Positions 27,974 to 37,555 of a DNA stretch of 64,000 nucleotides are shown piece by piece (the stretch's first letter is position 1; each line of letters opens with the position of its first letter). Made by a program: the position numbers and the translations under genes. Below the pieces are notes generated by a model. It did no database searches. It was given only the letters and a program-made list of their open reading frames with translations, and was not told where the DNA came from. The stretch lies in assembly GCA_965219685.1 (NCBI GenBank), contig CBDCOH010000002.1:768001-832000 (forward strand), given 5' to 3'. The DNA is from Candidatus Spongiisociaceae bacterium (lineage in GTDB: Bacteria; Actinomycetota; Acidimicrobiia; Spongiisociales; Spongiisociaceae).

Positions 27974-29032
27974 ATGGCCGGAATCGTGCATATCGTGGGA
28001 ACGGGAACCATCGGTGAACCCCTGATCGGCCTCATGGCTGACAACCGGGACGCATTCGGGATCGACGAGGTCACGTTCCATAAGCGTACCCCCCTGCTGC
28101 AGGAGCGGGGCAAGGTGAACGACTTGGTCCGCCGGGGCGGGCATCTCTCGGTCGACGCCGACCGGTGGACCGGGTTCGAGGAGTTGGGTCACGCCCCCAA
28201 GCTGGAGGCTTGGGAGGCGATACAACGCGCAACAGTGGTGATCGACTGCACCCCCGCCGGGAACGAGAACAAGGAGAAGTTCTACCGCCATGCCTCCCAG
28301 GTGACCGGGTTCTTGGCTCAGGGTTCGGAGTTCGGCTTCGGAAAGATGTACGCGCGGGGGATCAACGACGCAGCGCTGGTCCCGGACGAGGACCGCTATC
28401 TCCACATAGTGTCGTGCAACACCCACAACATTGCCGTGCTTCTCAAGACGCTCGGGTTCGACTCCGACGGGACCAACCACATCGTCGAGGCGAAGTTCCT
28501 CTGCATCAGGCGGGCCAACGACATCAGCCAGGCGAAGAAGTTCATTCCCGCCCCCGAGGTCGGGACCCACCCGAAGGGACGCTTCGGGACCCACCATGCC
28601 AAGGATGCCCACCACCTGTTCCAGACGTTGGGCCATGAACTCGACCTGTTCTCTTCCGCTCTCAAAGTGAACAGCCAGTACATGCACGCTCTGCACTTCG
28701 AGATCGTCCTCGACCGCGAGATAACGGTCGAGGAAGCACAGAGCCGTCTGGAGGCCAATCCGCGCGTGGCCATCACCTACAAGAGGTCCGCCGGACAGAT
28801 CTTCTCGTTCGGCCGGGACCACGGCTACTACGGTCGCATCCTCAGCCAGACGGTCGTGCCGGTCGAGACCATGGTGGTGCGAGGAGGTAACCGGATCATC
28901 GGTTTCTGCTTCACCCCTCAGGACGGGAACCCGATGCTGTCCACAGTGGCGGCGACCCTCTGGTACCTGCATCCTGGCGGGTTCGAGGAAAGGCTGAATG
29001 TGATGCGGCGCTACTTCTTCGCCGAGGTCTGA
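27974..29032 (+). CDS. Type II (archaeal-type) GAPDH-like NAD(P)-dependent oxidoreductase
   Basis: IVGTGTIG Rossmann loop, VIDCTP, FLAQGSE, IVSCNTHN catalytic Cys, IRRAND, THHAKD. Confidence 0.7.
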   Translation: MAGIVHIVGTGTIGEPLIGLMADNRDAFGIDEVTFHKRTPLLQERGKVNDLVRRGGHLSVDADRWTGFEELGHAPKLEAWEAIQRATVVIDCTPAGNENKEKFYRHASQVTGFLAQGSEFGFGKMYARGINDAALVPDEDRYLHIVSCNTHNIAVLLKTLGFDSDGTNHIVEAKFLCIRRANDISQAKKFIPAPEVGTHPKGRFGTHHAKDAHHLFQTLGHELDLFSSALKVNSQYMHALHFEIVLDREITVEEAQSRLEANPRVAITYKRSAGQIFSFGRDHGYYGRILSQTVVPVETMVVRGGNRIIGFCFTPQDGNPMLSTVAATLWYLHPGGFEERLNVMRRYFFAEV

Positions 29033-29142
29033 TCAGCAAGGGAAGCCGTCACGAAACGTACGATCAAGATCCCCAGGTGTCGCATCGCCCTTTCTGTTCG
29101 CGGAATCACGCCTTAGGCGTGAGTAGACGCATCGGGCCGCTC

Positions 29143-30723
29143 ATGGCCGGTCGGGCGCGAGTTGCGCGGTCCCCCGCAGTGGTGTGGCGTCATCCGCTGA
29201 AGGCATTCGTCATAGTGCTGGCCGGGATCGCCGTCGCGGTTGTCCTGGCTTCAGGCGTAGGTGCGGAGGAGAAGGAGGGTCTCGGCGACGTGCCTGGGGA
29301 TGGATCCCACTCCGCGGCGATCGAGATCCTCGACGCTCTGGACATACTGCACGGTACGGGGTGCACCCCGGGCCTGCTCTGTCCGGACGAACCCGTGTGG
29401 CGCTGGGAGATGGCCGTGTGGCTTGTGCGCGCTCTCGACGGTGAGGAACCCTCGGGAGGAAGCGAGTGGGATTTCGTGGACGTGTACGACCGGCTCTGGT
29501 GGGCGCCCCACGTGGACCGGTTGGCAGATCTTGGCGTGACCGTCGGCTGCTCCTCCGAACCCGAGCGCTTCTGTCCGTACGATTCGGTCACGCGTGGCCA
29601 GATGGCAACCTTCCTGGCCAGGGCGTTCGACCTGGATCCTGCCGGTACCGGCGAGTTTGTCGACATCGGGGGCAGCGTGCACGCTCGCAACATCGGTGCT
29701 CTGGCGGCCGCCGACATAACGGCCGGATGTGCTACGCAACCCAGCCGGTACTGCCCGGCCGAGCCCGTGACCCGCGGCCAGATGGCGACCTTCCTGGCTC
29801 GAGCGCTGGGACTGGTGCCCTTGGCCCGGTTCGGCGACGTGGTCGCCGAGCGTGACATCCGTCACCTCGTGTCGAGCTACACGACCTATCACCCATGCTG
29901 CGCGGCGCGGGTGACCAACATTCAGCTGTTCGCCGACAAACTGAACGGTGCCGTCATAGCTCCCTGGGGCCGGTTCAGTCTCAACCGCCACGTCGGCAAG
30001 CGCACCCGCGAGGATGGCTTTGTACCGGCCGGTACCTTGATCGCCGGGGAACTCGTCAACACGGTCGGAGGCGGGGTCAGCCAGATGGCCACCACCTTCT
30101 ACAACGCCGTGTTCTGGGGTGGGTACAGGGATGTCTCCCACAAGCCTCACAGCTTCTACTTCCCGCGCTATCCGGAGGGTATCGAGGCCACCATCAACTG
30201 GCCGGACGTGGACCTGGTGTTCCGCAACGACACCCCGGCGTACGTGTTGATCGCAACGGAGTACACGGACACTTCCGTGACCGTGAAGTTCTTCGGCGAC
30301 AACGACGGGCGGATCGTCGTGGGGGACTGGAATACTGACGAGGGTACCTTGACGGTCGTCTCCGAGGGAGGTCCCCGGGCCCGGGTGGTGAGTGCCGACG
30401 TTTCCGGCCGTTCTCGCTGGACGAGTCCGCCCGCACCCCTGATACGCGGCAATCCGGAACTGGCCGAAGGCGAGGAGAAGCAGGTGCAGTCGGCCAGAAA
30501 GGGCTGGACGGTGCTCGTCACCCGTACCATCGACCAGGGAGGAAGGAGGAATGTCCGGGAGTGGACAGTCCGGTACTCCCCTAGGCGACCGATCGTCGAG
30601 GTACATCCCTGCGTGCTGTCCGGCTCGTGTCCCGGGTCGGACGAGGCCCCCGAGAATACCGGGCCACCGGTTGGGGCAGCGGAGCATAGGATCCCGACGG
30701 GTATCGGTTCCGGCGTCTCTTAG
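29143..30723 (+). CDS. Secreted SLH-like repeat protein fused to a VanW domain
   Basis: Signal/TM segment, three GC...CP...TR.QMA.FLARA-type repeats, VanW motifs RVTNIQL, GGGVSQMATTFYNA, PHSFYFPRYPEGIEATI. Start uncertain. Confidence 0.82.
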   Translation: MAGRARVARSPAVVWRHPLKAFVIVLAGIAVAVVLASGVGAEEKEGLGDVPGDGSHSAAIEILDALDILHGTGCTPGLLCPDEPVWRWEMAVWLVRALDGEEPSGGSEWDFVDVYDRLWWAPHVDRLADLGVTVGCSSEPERFCPYDSVTRGQMATFLARAFDLDPAGTGEFVDIGGSVHARNIGALAAADITAGCATQPSRYCPAEPVTRGQMATFLARALGLVPLARFGDVVAERDIRHLVSSYTTYHPCCAARVTNIQLFADKLNGAVIAPWGRFSLNRHVGKRTREDGFVPAGTLIAGELVNTVGGGVSQMATTFYNAVFWGGYRDVSHKPHSFYFPRYPEGIEATINWPDVDLVFRNDTPAYVLIATEYTDTSVTVKFFGDNDGRIVVGDWNTDEGTLTVVSEGGPRARVVSADVSGRSRWTSPPAPLIRGNPELAEGEEKQVQSARKGWTVLVTRTIDQGGRRNVREWTVRYSPRRPIVEVHPCVLSGSCPGSDEAPENTGPPVGAAEHRIPTGIGSGVS

Positions 30724-30732
30724 ACTGATCTC

Positions 30733-32106
30733 GTGAGAACCCGCTCCGCTCCGACTGTCCATATCACGACGCTCGGGTGTTCGAAGAACCAGGTCGACTC
30801 CGAGAAGGTGGCGGCCATGCTGGACGAGGCAGGTTACCGGGAGGCGCGATCGCCCGGTACGGCTGACGTGGTGATGGTGAACACCTGCGCCTTCATAGAG
30901 GCCGCCCGCCAGGAGTCCGTCGAGACGATTCTCGACCTGCGGGAATCCAAGGGGGAGGATGCCGGATTGGTGGTGATGGGCTGCATGGCACAACGCTACG
31001 GCGCCGAACTCGAGGAGGCCCTCGACGATGTCGATGCGGTGGTCGGTCTCGACCGTTACGGCGAGCTCGTCGGGATGCTCGACTCGATTACCCGTTGGAC
31101 CCCGGTGCGTCTCGTGCCGCGCCGACCGGCGATGGACCTCCTCGACATGGTGAGCCGACCCGCTCCTACCTTCCCCTATGCCTACGTAAAGGTCGCCGAG
31201 GGTTGCGACAAGACGTGCGCGTTCTGCGCCATCCCGCTCATCCGAGGCCCCCAGCGGTCAAGGCGGCCGACCGCTATCCGGGAGGAGATGGCCCGCCTCT
31301 GCGGCGCGGGAGTATCCGAGGTGATCCTCGTGGCGCAGGATCTGGCGGCCTACGGCCGGGACATCGGGGCTCCGTCGGATGAGAACATCGTCGATCTCCT
31401 CCGGTTCGTATCCGACGTGGAAGGTCTGGTGAGGGTCCGTCTCCTCTACCTCTACCCGACGGAGATCCGCCCGGCCCTGATCGAGGAGATCGCCTCCAAC
31501 CCGAAGCTGGCTCCCTACTTCGACCTGAGCCTCCAGCACGCGTCCCGGCGGCTCCTCCGCTCGATGCGACGCCCTGGCAGCACCAGCAGCCACCTGCGCC
31601 TGATCGACAGGATACAGGCTGCCGAGCCCGAGGCGGCCCTGCGGTCCTCCTTCATAGTGGGATACCCGGGCGAGACTGACGATGACGTCGAGGAGTTGGC
31701 CCGTTTCCTGGAGGAGGCGGACCTCGACTGGGCCGGCTTCTTCCCGTACTCAGCGGAGGAGGGCACGATGGCCGTGGAGCTTGCGGACCGGATCGCTGCC
31801 GCTGAGGTGGCGGCCCGGGTACGGGAACTGTCCCGGATCCAGGATGGGATCACCGCCCGGCGGAACGCCGAACAGGTCGGAACGATCCATACAGTGCTGG
31901 TCGACCAGGTCGAGGACGGTGTTCCGGTCGGAAGGTCGTATCGCGAGGCTCCCGATATCGACGGCATGATCTGCCTGGACACCGGCTTGCCGGGCGATTG
32001 GTGGGAAGTCGAGGTGACGGGCAGTTACGAGACTGATCTGGTGGCGCAGGTGCGCCGACCTGCCGAAGCGGGCGTGCCGGTGGGGGCGGTGGGGAGGCCG
32101 GCATGA
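30733..32106 (+). CDS. rimO: Ribosomal protein S12 methylthiotransferase
   Basis: LGCSKNQVDSE, NTCAFIEAARQES, radical SAM CDKTCAFC, TRAM domain EAPDIDG. Confidence 0.95.
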   Translation: MRTRSAPTVHITTLGCSKNQVDSEKVAAMLDEAGYREARSPGTADVVMVNTCAFIEAARQESVETILDLRESKGEDAGLVVMGCMAQRYGAELEEALDDVDAVVGLDRYGELVGMLDSITRWTPVRLVPRRPAMDLLDMVSRPAPTFPYAYVKVAEGCDKTCAFCAIPLIRGPQRSRRPTAIREEMARLCGAGVSEVILVAQDLAAYGRDIGAPSDENIVDLLRFVSDVEGLVRVRLLYLYPTEIRPALIEEIASNPKLAPYFDLSLQHASRRLLRSMRRPGSTSSHLRLIDRIQAAEPEAALRSSFIVGYPGETDDDVEELARFLEEADLDWAGFFPYSAEEGTMAVELADRIAAAEVAARVRELSRIQDGITARRNAEQVGTIHTVLVDQVEDGVPVGRSYREAPDIDGMICLDTGLPGDWWEVEVTGSYETDLVAQVRRPAEAGVPVGAVGRPA

Positions 32107-33350
32107 TCGTCGAGGTCGTGGCGGTCGGAACCGAGCTGTTGCTCGGCCAGATCGTCAACACCAATGCCGCCCACCTGGGGGAGCGGCTAGCCGAACTTGG
32201 CCTCGACGCACATCACCAGGTGGTGGTCGGTGACAACCATGACCGCATGGTGCAGACGATACGAACTGCGATGGGCCGCGCCGACGCGGTGATAATCACG
32301 GGAGGGCTCGGGCCCACACAGGACGACATAACCCGGGAGGCGATCTGCGCCGCTACCGGCCGGGCCATGCTCTTCAGCGAGGCGCACGCTTCAGAGTTGC
32401 GCGAGTTCTGGAGGAGGTTGGGCAGGGAGTTTCCCGAGAGCAATCTGTGCCAGGCCGAGTATCCGGAAGGCGCCGAGCAACTCTCCAACCCGCGCGGCAC
32501 GGCCCCCGGCCTGTTCCTCGACCACGACGGAACCATGATCTTCGCGGTTCCGGGAGTTCCCGCGGAGCTGCACCAGATGCTCGACGAACACGTGGTGCCC
32601 CGCCTGCGCCGGGGAACCGGAAGCGACGAGGTCCTGGTCAGCAGGGTCCTGCGCACCTGGGGCTATGGCGAGTCTGCAGTCGCCGACCTGCTCGACGATC
32701 TCTACCACGCTTCTCTCAACCCTTCCATGGCCTTCCTGGCGTCCGCGGGAGAGGTCAAGGTCCGCCTGTCGGCCAAGGCGGGTTCGGAGGATGAGGCCCG
32801 TTCGATAATCGAGCCGGTCGAGCGGGAGGTGCGACGGCGGTTGGGGGCCGCGGTGTTTGCCGTCGACGACCAGATCCTGGAGCAGATAATCCTTGACGAA
32901 CTCGGACGCAGAGGATGGACGATCGGCACGGCGGAGTCCCTGACCGCCGGGATGCTGGCCACCCGCCTCAGCCTTCTTCCCGGTTCGTCGGCGGTGTTCC
33001 GCGGCAGCGTGATCCCCTACGCGACCGATCTCAAGCCGACCCTGCTAGGGGTTCCTCGACAGGTGGTCGAAGACCACGGGGTGGTCAGTTCCGAGACTGC
33101 CATGGCAATGGCGGAGGGAGCCGCCAAGGTCATGGGGGTCGACGTGGCCACCGCTCTGACCGGGGTGGCCGGTCCAGCGGTGCTCGAGCACCCACCGGGA
33201 ACCGTCTTCGTCGCAGTCCGGACGCCTATGGACAACAGGTCCAGGTTGTTGAAGATGCCCGGTGACCGGGAGCGGGTCCGGGCCTACACCACCACCACCG
33301 CCCTGCAACTGACCAGGCTGGCAGTAATCGGCGAGTGGTGGAAGGAGTGA
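32103..33350 (+). CDS. cinA: Competence/damage-inducible protein A (MoCF + PncC domains)
   Basis: VGTELLLGQIVNTNA, TGGLGPTQDDITR, TAESLTAG, TGVAGP. Confidence 0.93.
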   Translation: MIVEVVAVGTELLLGQIVNTNAAHLGERLAELGLDAHHQVVVGDNHDRMVQTIRTAMGRADAVIITGGLGPTQDDITREAICAATGRAMLFSEAHASELREFWRRLGREFPESNLCQAEYPEGAEQLSNPRGTAPGLFLDHDGTMIFAVPGVPAELHQMLDEHVVPRLRRGTGSDEVLVSRVLRTWGYGESAVADLLDDLYHASLNPSMAFLASAGEVKVRLSAKAGSEDEARSIIEPVEREVRRRLGAAVFAVDDQILEQIILDELGRRGWTIGTAESLTAGMLATRLSLLPGSSAVFRGSVIPYATDLKPTLLGVPRQVVEDHGVVSSETAMAMAEGAAKVMGVDVATALTGVAGPAVLEHPPGTVFVAVRTPMDNRSRLLKMPGDRERVRAYTTTTALQLTRLAVIGEWWKE

Positions 33351-33901
33351 TGTCCGTAACCCGGGACAGATTCTTCGTAGCTATTCCCTTGGCGCCGGAG
33401 GTCCGGTTGGCGGTAGATGGATGGAGGAACGGGCTGGCCCTGCCCGGACGGCTCGTACCTCTGGAGAAGTTCCATGTCACGTTGAGGTTCGTGGGTCCGG
33501 CCGGCCGGGTCGGGCGGGAGAGGATCGTCGCGGCGCTCGATGTGGCCGCTCTGGGAGGTCCGTTCGGCTTCCGTGTCGGCGGCCTCGGTGGGTTTCCGAG
33601 GCTCCGGAAGGCAACCGTGGCATGGGCTGCACTGGAAGGGGACGGGGGGAGGATCTCGCGCCTGGCGGAGGTGGTGGACGATACGGTGTCGTCGGCGGGG
33701 TTCGGCTACGAGGAGCGACCCTTCAGTGCCCATCTGACCCTGGCGAGGATACGGCCACCGCGCGATATCCGGGGATCGGCGAATAGTGGTCCCGCGGGGG
33801 TACCGGTCCGGGCCACCGAGGTGGTCTTCTACCGGAGTCGTACCGAGGGCTCGTCCACCGAGTACCGCCGGTTGGAGTCCTTCCCGCTCCGGGATGGCTG
33901 A
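33350..33901 (+). CDS. thpR: RNA 2',3'-cyclic phosphodiesterase (2H family)
   Basis: RFFVAI, HVTLRF and HLTLAR HxT motifs; usual position between cinA and recA. Confidence 0.9.
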   Translation: MSVTRDRFFVAIPLAPEVRLAVDGWRNGLALPGRLVPLEKFHVTLRFVGPAGRVGRERIVAALDVAALGGPFGFRVGGLGGFPRLRKATVAWAALEGDGGRISRLAEVVDDTVSSAGFGYEERPFSAHLTLARIRPPRDIRGSANSGPAGVPVRATEVVFYRSRTEGSSTEYRRLESFPLRDG

Positions 33902-33951
33902 GGGATAACGTTCTCACAGCCGGGCGCCGGTCCTTCACAACAGCAAAGTGC

Positions 33952-33980
33952 TTGACTGCGAACACACGTTCGATTATCGT
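33952..33980 (+). promoter_or_regulatory. Distal recA promoter overlapped by a LexA (SOS) box
   Basis: TTGACT-N17-TATCGT with CGAAC-ACAC-GTTCG (33959-33972, GAAC-N4-GTTC) in the spacer. Confidence 0.88.
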
Positions 33981-34093
33981 CATAGGCGTGTATTCCATGG
34001 ATAACATGGATGTAATCGGGTGTGTGTAATTCGGTACTTCGAGCTAACGCCCCAGAGTCCGGAAACAACCGAGCTAGGAGGAGTTCACGGTTC

Positions 34094-34115
34094 TGTCACT
34101 GCCGGCCCGTACCTT
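34094..34115 (+). promoter_or_regulatory. Proximal PafBC-type (RecA-NDp) recA promoter
   Basis: TGTCAC-TGCCGGCCCG-TACCTT. Confidence 0.78.
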
Positions 34116-34174
34116 GTGGGTGAGGCAACCGCACGAGAGACGAGCCACCGGCTCGGCAAGACGAAGGAGCGACC

Positions 34175-35233
34175 ATGAAGGATCGAGAGCAGGCCCTGGA
34201 CACGGCGATGTTGCAGATCGAGCGTCAGTTCGGCAAGGGCTCCATCATGAAGCTGGGTGACAGCGCACACCGGCGGATCGAACACATATCGACCGGTGCG
34301 CTGGCGCTCGACCTGGCGTTGGGGATCGGTGGAGTGCCCCGCGGGCGCATCGTGGAGGTATACGGGCCGGAGTCGAGCGGCAAGACAACCCTCGCTCTGC
34401 ACATCGTTGCGGAGGCTCAGCGCAACGGGGGGATCGCCGCGTTCGTGGATGCGGAACACGCTCTCGATCCGATCTATGCGAAGGCTGTGGGGGTGGACAT
34501 CGACGAGTTGCTGATCTCGCAGCCCGATACCGGGGAGCAGGCACTCGAGATCACCGACATGCTGATCCGTTCAGGAGCCCTCGACGTGGTGGTGGTCGAC
34601 TCGGTGGCCGCGTTGGTGCCCAGGGCCGAGATCGAAGGCGAGATGGGCGATACCCACGTCGGCCTCCAGGCCCGGTTGATGTCGCAGGCGCTTCGCAAGC
34701 TGACCGCGAACATCAACCGCTCCAAGACCACGGCGGTCTTCATCAACCAGCTCCGTGAGAAGATCGGAGTGATGTTCGGCTCGCCGGAGGTCACCCCGGG
34801 CGGCCGGGCCTTGAAGTTCTACTCCAGCGTACGTCTGGACATCCGGCGGATCGAGTCGATCAAGGACGGCCGGGAGCAGGTCGGGAACCGGGTGAGGGTC
34901 AAGGTAGTCAAGAACAAGTTGGCGCCCCCCTTCCGGATGGCTGAATTCGACATTATGTTCGGGCAGGGCATCTCCAGGGAGGGAAGCCTGCTCGATGTGG
35001 CGGTCAGCGCCGGTATCGTCAGGAAGAGCGGCGCCTGGTACACGTATGAGACCGACCAACTGGGTCAGGGGAGGGAGAAGGCCAAGCGTTTCCTGCGGGA
35101 GAACCCGGGCTTGGCGTTGCAACTCCAGGCCAGAGTGCTCAAGGCGGTGGGCATCGCCGACGCCGAAGAGTCCGAGGGGACGAAAGCCAAGCCGAAGTCC
35201 GGTTCCAAGAAAAAGCCGCGTGGTTCCGCGTAG
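34175..35233 (+). CDS. recA: Recombinase RecA
   Basis: [55 protein letters not shown]; no intein. Confidence 0.99.
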   Translation: MKDREQALDTAMLQIERQFGKGSIMKLGDSAHRRIEHISTGALALDLALGIGGVPRGRIVEVYGPESSGKTTLALHIVAEAQRNGGIAAFVDAEHALDPIYAKAVGVDIDELLISQPDTGEQALEITDMLIRSGALDVVVVDSVAALVPRAEIEGEMGDTHVGLQARLMSQALRKLTANINRSKTTAVFINQLREKIGVMFGSPEVTPGGRALKFYSSVRLDIRRIESIKDGREQVGNRVRVKVVKNKLAPPFRMAEFDIMFGQGISREGSLLDVAVSAGIVRKSGAWYTYETDQLGQGREKAKRFLRENPGLALQLQARVLKAVGIADAEESEGTKAKPKSGSKKKPRGSA

Positions 35234-35388
35234 GCCGGTGTCTGGTTGAGCCGGGGCAGGGTTCTACGCATCCCGTGTAGTTCTGTACGCTGACACATCA
35301 GCGGGTGTCGTGCCCGTGGCCCGCTAGCGGAACGTTGCGTACACGGGTCGAAGACCGGATGTTCAGGTTTGGCGGGAGGCCCTGATCC

Positions 35389-36753
35389 ATGGCTGCTGAC
35401 AATCGGAAGAAGCCAGGTAATAGAGGGCAGCGCCGGATGTCCGGATCGTCGGCCCGGAGCAGCCGATCGCCGCACGGCAAGCGCGGTGCCCCGGGTCGAC
35501 GTTCGCAGACGGCCTCCAGGAGACGGGATGCCGGATCAGGGGCCACGCGCCGCGGCAGGGCGCAGGGACCGTCGGACAGGGCCAAGGGCAAGCCAGGCGC
35601 GAAGGGCAGACGGAGACCCGCCGGCCAGGGCTCCGGCAGCCAGCCGCGATCCTCCGGCCGTCCCCGGGGGAAACCTGGAGGGGCGTCCCGGAGGACGGAT
35701 GGTGGGGGACCACGAGGCCGGACCGGCGGTGCCAAGGGCAGGCCAGGCGCGAAGGGCAGACGGAGACCCGCCGGCCAGGGCTCCGGCAGCCAGCCGCGAT
35801 CCTCCGGCCGTCCCCGGGGGAAACCTGGAGGGGCGTCCCGGAGGACGGATGGTGGGGGACCACGAGGCCGGACCGGCGGTGCCAAGGGCAGGCCAGGCGC
35901 GAAGGGCAGACGGAGACCCGCCGGCCAGGGTTCCGGCAGCCAGCCGCGATCCTCCGGCCGTCCCCGGGGGAAACCTGGAGGGGCGTCCCGGAGGACGGAT
36001 GGTGGGGGACCACGAGGCCGAGCCGGCGGTACGCGGGGTCCGGGTGACCGCCATCGTCCAGCCGGGAAGCCCGGTCGCAGAGCCCCGCACACCGGGGTCG
36101 GGCCCGGCAACCTACCCGGATGGTTGCGTGACGAGATCCGCCGCGTAACTCGAAGTGACCGCCAGGCGGCGGCGTTGCGGGTGTTGTCTGAGGCCGTGGA
36201 CGCATATGGCGACGACGAGTTCGGAGCCGCCCGCCGCAAGCTGCTGAAGGCCAAGGAGCTCAGCCCCCGGGCGTCTGCGGTGCGTGAGTTGCTGGGACTG
36301 AGCGCCTACCACAGCCGGGCATGGGGCGAAGCCCTCGCGGAACTCCGGGCCTACCGTCGGCTTACCGGAGACACCACGCACATGCCGGTGGAGATGGACT
36401 CGCTACGGGCTCTTGGGCGGGGCGCCGATGTCGAGAAGACCTGGGAGCGGTTCGTCGAGTTGGGAGGCAACCGTCCGACGTACGCGGAAGGGCGTGTGGT
36501 CTACGCCTCGTTCCTGCTCGACCAGGGCCGCGCAGCCGATGCATGGCGCGTCACGAATCCGTCCCGGATTCCCCACGACGCCAAGCCGTACGAGCTAAGG
36601 GTGTGGTTCGTGGCCGCCCGGGCTGCGCTGGCCCTCGGTGAGATTCCGGCCGCGAAGCAGTTGACCGAAGCCATCCGGAGACTCGATCCGGACATGACGG
36701 GCCTAGGGGACCTCATGGCCGGCATCGCCACCGAGCGACGGCGCCGGTCATAA
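35389..36753 (+). CDS. TPR-like helical protein with a long Arg/Gly/Pro-rich repetitive N-terminus
   Basis: C-terminal AVRELLGLSAYHSRAWGEALAELRAYRRLTG...MDSLRALGR, typical of an actinobacterial TPR family. Confidence 0.75.
   Translation: MAADNRKKPGNRGQRRMSGSSARSSRSPHGKRGAPGRRSQTASRRRDAGSGATRRGRAQGPSDRAKGKPGAKGRRRPAGQGSGSQPRSSGRPRGKPGGASRRTDGGGPRGRTGGAKGRPGAKGRRRPAGQGSGSQPRSSGRPRGKPGGASRRTDGGGPRGRTGGAKGRPGAKGRRRPAGQGSGSQPRSSGRPRGKPGGASRRTDGGGPRGRAGGTRGPGDRHRPAGKPGRRAPHTGVGPGNLPGWLRDEIRRVTRSDRQAAALRVLSEAVDAYGDDEFGAARRKLLKAKELSPRASAVRELLGLSAYHSRAWGEALAELRAYRRLTGDTTHMPVEMDSLRALGRGADVEKTWERFVELGGNRPTYAEGRVVYASFLLDQGRAADAWRVTNPSRIPHDAKPYELRVWFVAARAALALGEIPAAKQLTEAIRRLDPDMTGLGDLMAGIATERRRRS
35581..36030 (+). 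repeat. 3 x 150-bp in-frame tandem repeat (50-aa unit)
   Basis: Units start gccaagggca at 35581, 35731 and 35881 and differ by only a few nt. Confidence 0.97.
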
Positions 36754-36757
36754 CGAT

Positions 36758-36785
36758 CTAAACGCTAACTACCAACTACGAACCA
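36758..36785. repeat. Degenerate heptamer tract (CTAACTA/CCAACTA)
   Basis: ctaaacg ctaacta ccaacta cgaacca. Confidence 0.6.
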
Positions 36786-36965
36786 GTCATCTAACCGGCC
36801 AAGGCGGCCAGCGTGTCGCTCTTCCTGATGAGAGCCACCCCCAGCAGCGTGGTCCATGCAACCTGCACGAGTGCCAGGAGATTACCCACGAAGTACACAA
36901 GAAGACTGTCGTGGCTGTGGGAACCTAATATGAGCCGAGTTGCCGTCGGCGAGTCGTGTAGGGCT

Positions 36966-37241
36966 CTACCTAGCCACACTGTCGAGGACCGTCAGAGCCT
37001 GCTTGGCCACGTCGGCATACTGGACCAGGTCGGCCATGGCTCTGCGCTCGGTCGGTACCTCCGGGCTGTCGGTCAAGATGGAGAGAACCCTCTGAGCGTC
37101 CTCTCCACCGACCTTGGCTGCGATCTCGCTGGCTGCCCTGGCTCGGTTACCGATCCGCATCACTTCCGTTAGCGCGATACGCGCCTCGGTCAGCGTTTCC
37201 CGCACCTCGGCGGCTTCCAATTCGAGGTTTCGTTCTGCCAT
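36966..37241 (-). CDS. Small helical hypothetical protein
   Basis: 91 aa, GAGGAG RBS upstream, amphipathic helical composition. Confidence 0.6.
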   Translation of the reverse strand: MAERNLELEAAEVRETLTEARIALTEVMRIGNRARAASEIAAKVGGEDAQRVLSILTDSPEVPTERRAMADLVQYADVAKQALTVLDSVAR

Positions 37242-37494
37242 CGGTCGATCCGCTCTCCTCGGTCGGTACTAGGTCAGAACGATACTCGATTCACAAAGCC
37301 CCTGGGCAGGTGGTTTGGCGAAAACACCACGCTATCGCCCGGGCAGGATGTTCCGTGCGGTCGGACCTCCGAGGATCACCCACCAGCTCGTCGACGACGT
37401 ATGTGAGCGATCCGGCCGGCGGACGAAGCAGACCGTGGGCGGGGACCCGGGACATCGAAAAACGCCGAACTCGACATCGTTACATAACGATGTA

Positions 37495-37516
37495 TGTCAC
37501 AGCCAATCCTTACATT
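37495..37516 (+). promoter_or_regulatory. PafBC-type promoter of ssb, preceded by a 20-bp palindrome (37474-37493)
   Basis: TGTCAC-AGCCAATCCT-TACATT; upstream ACATCGTTA-CA-TAACGATGT. Confidence 0.75.
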
Positions 37517-37555
37517 GATATTTCCTCCGCGCTTCCCTTGATGAAGGAGCAGCAT

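Noticed and set aside
34175-35233. Intein in recA
   Set aside because: Normal 352-aa length with contiguous motifs.
35581-36030. CRISPR or assembly artefact
   Set aside because: 150-bp in-frame coding units without spacers; the copies carry distinguishing substitutions.
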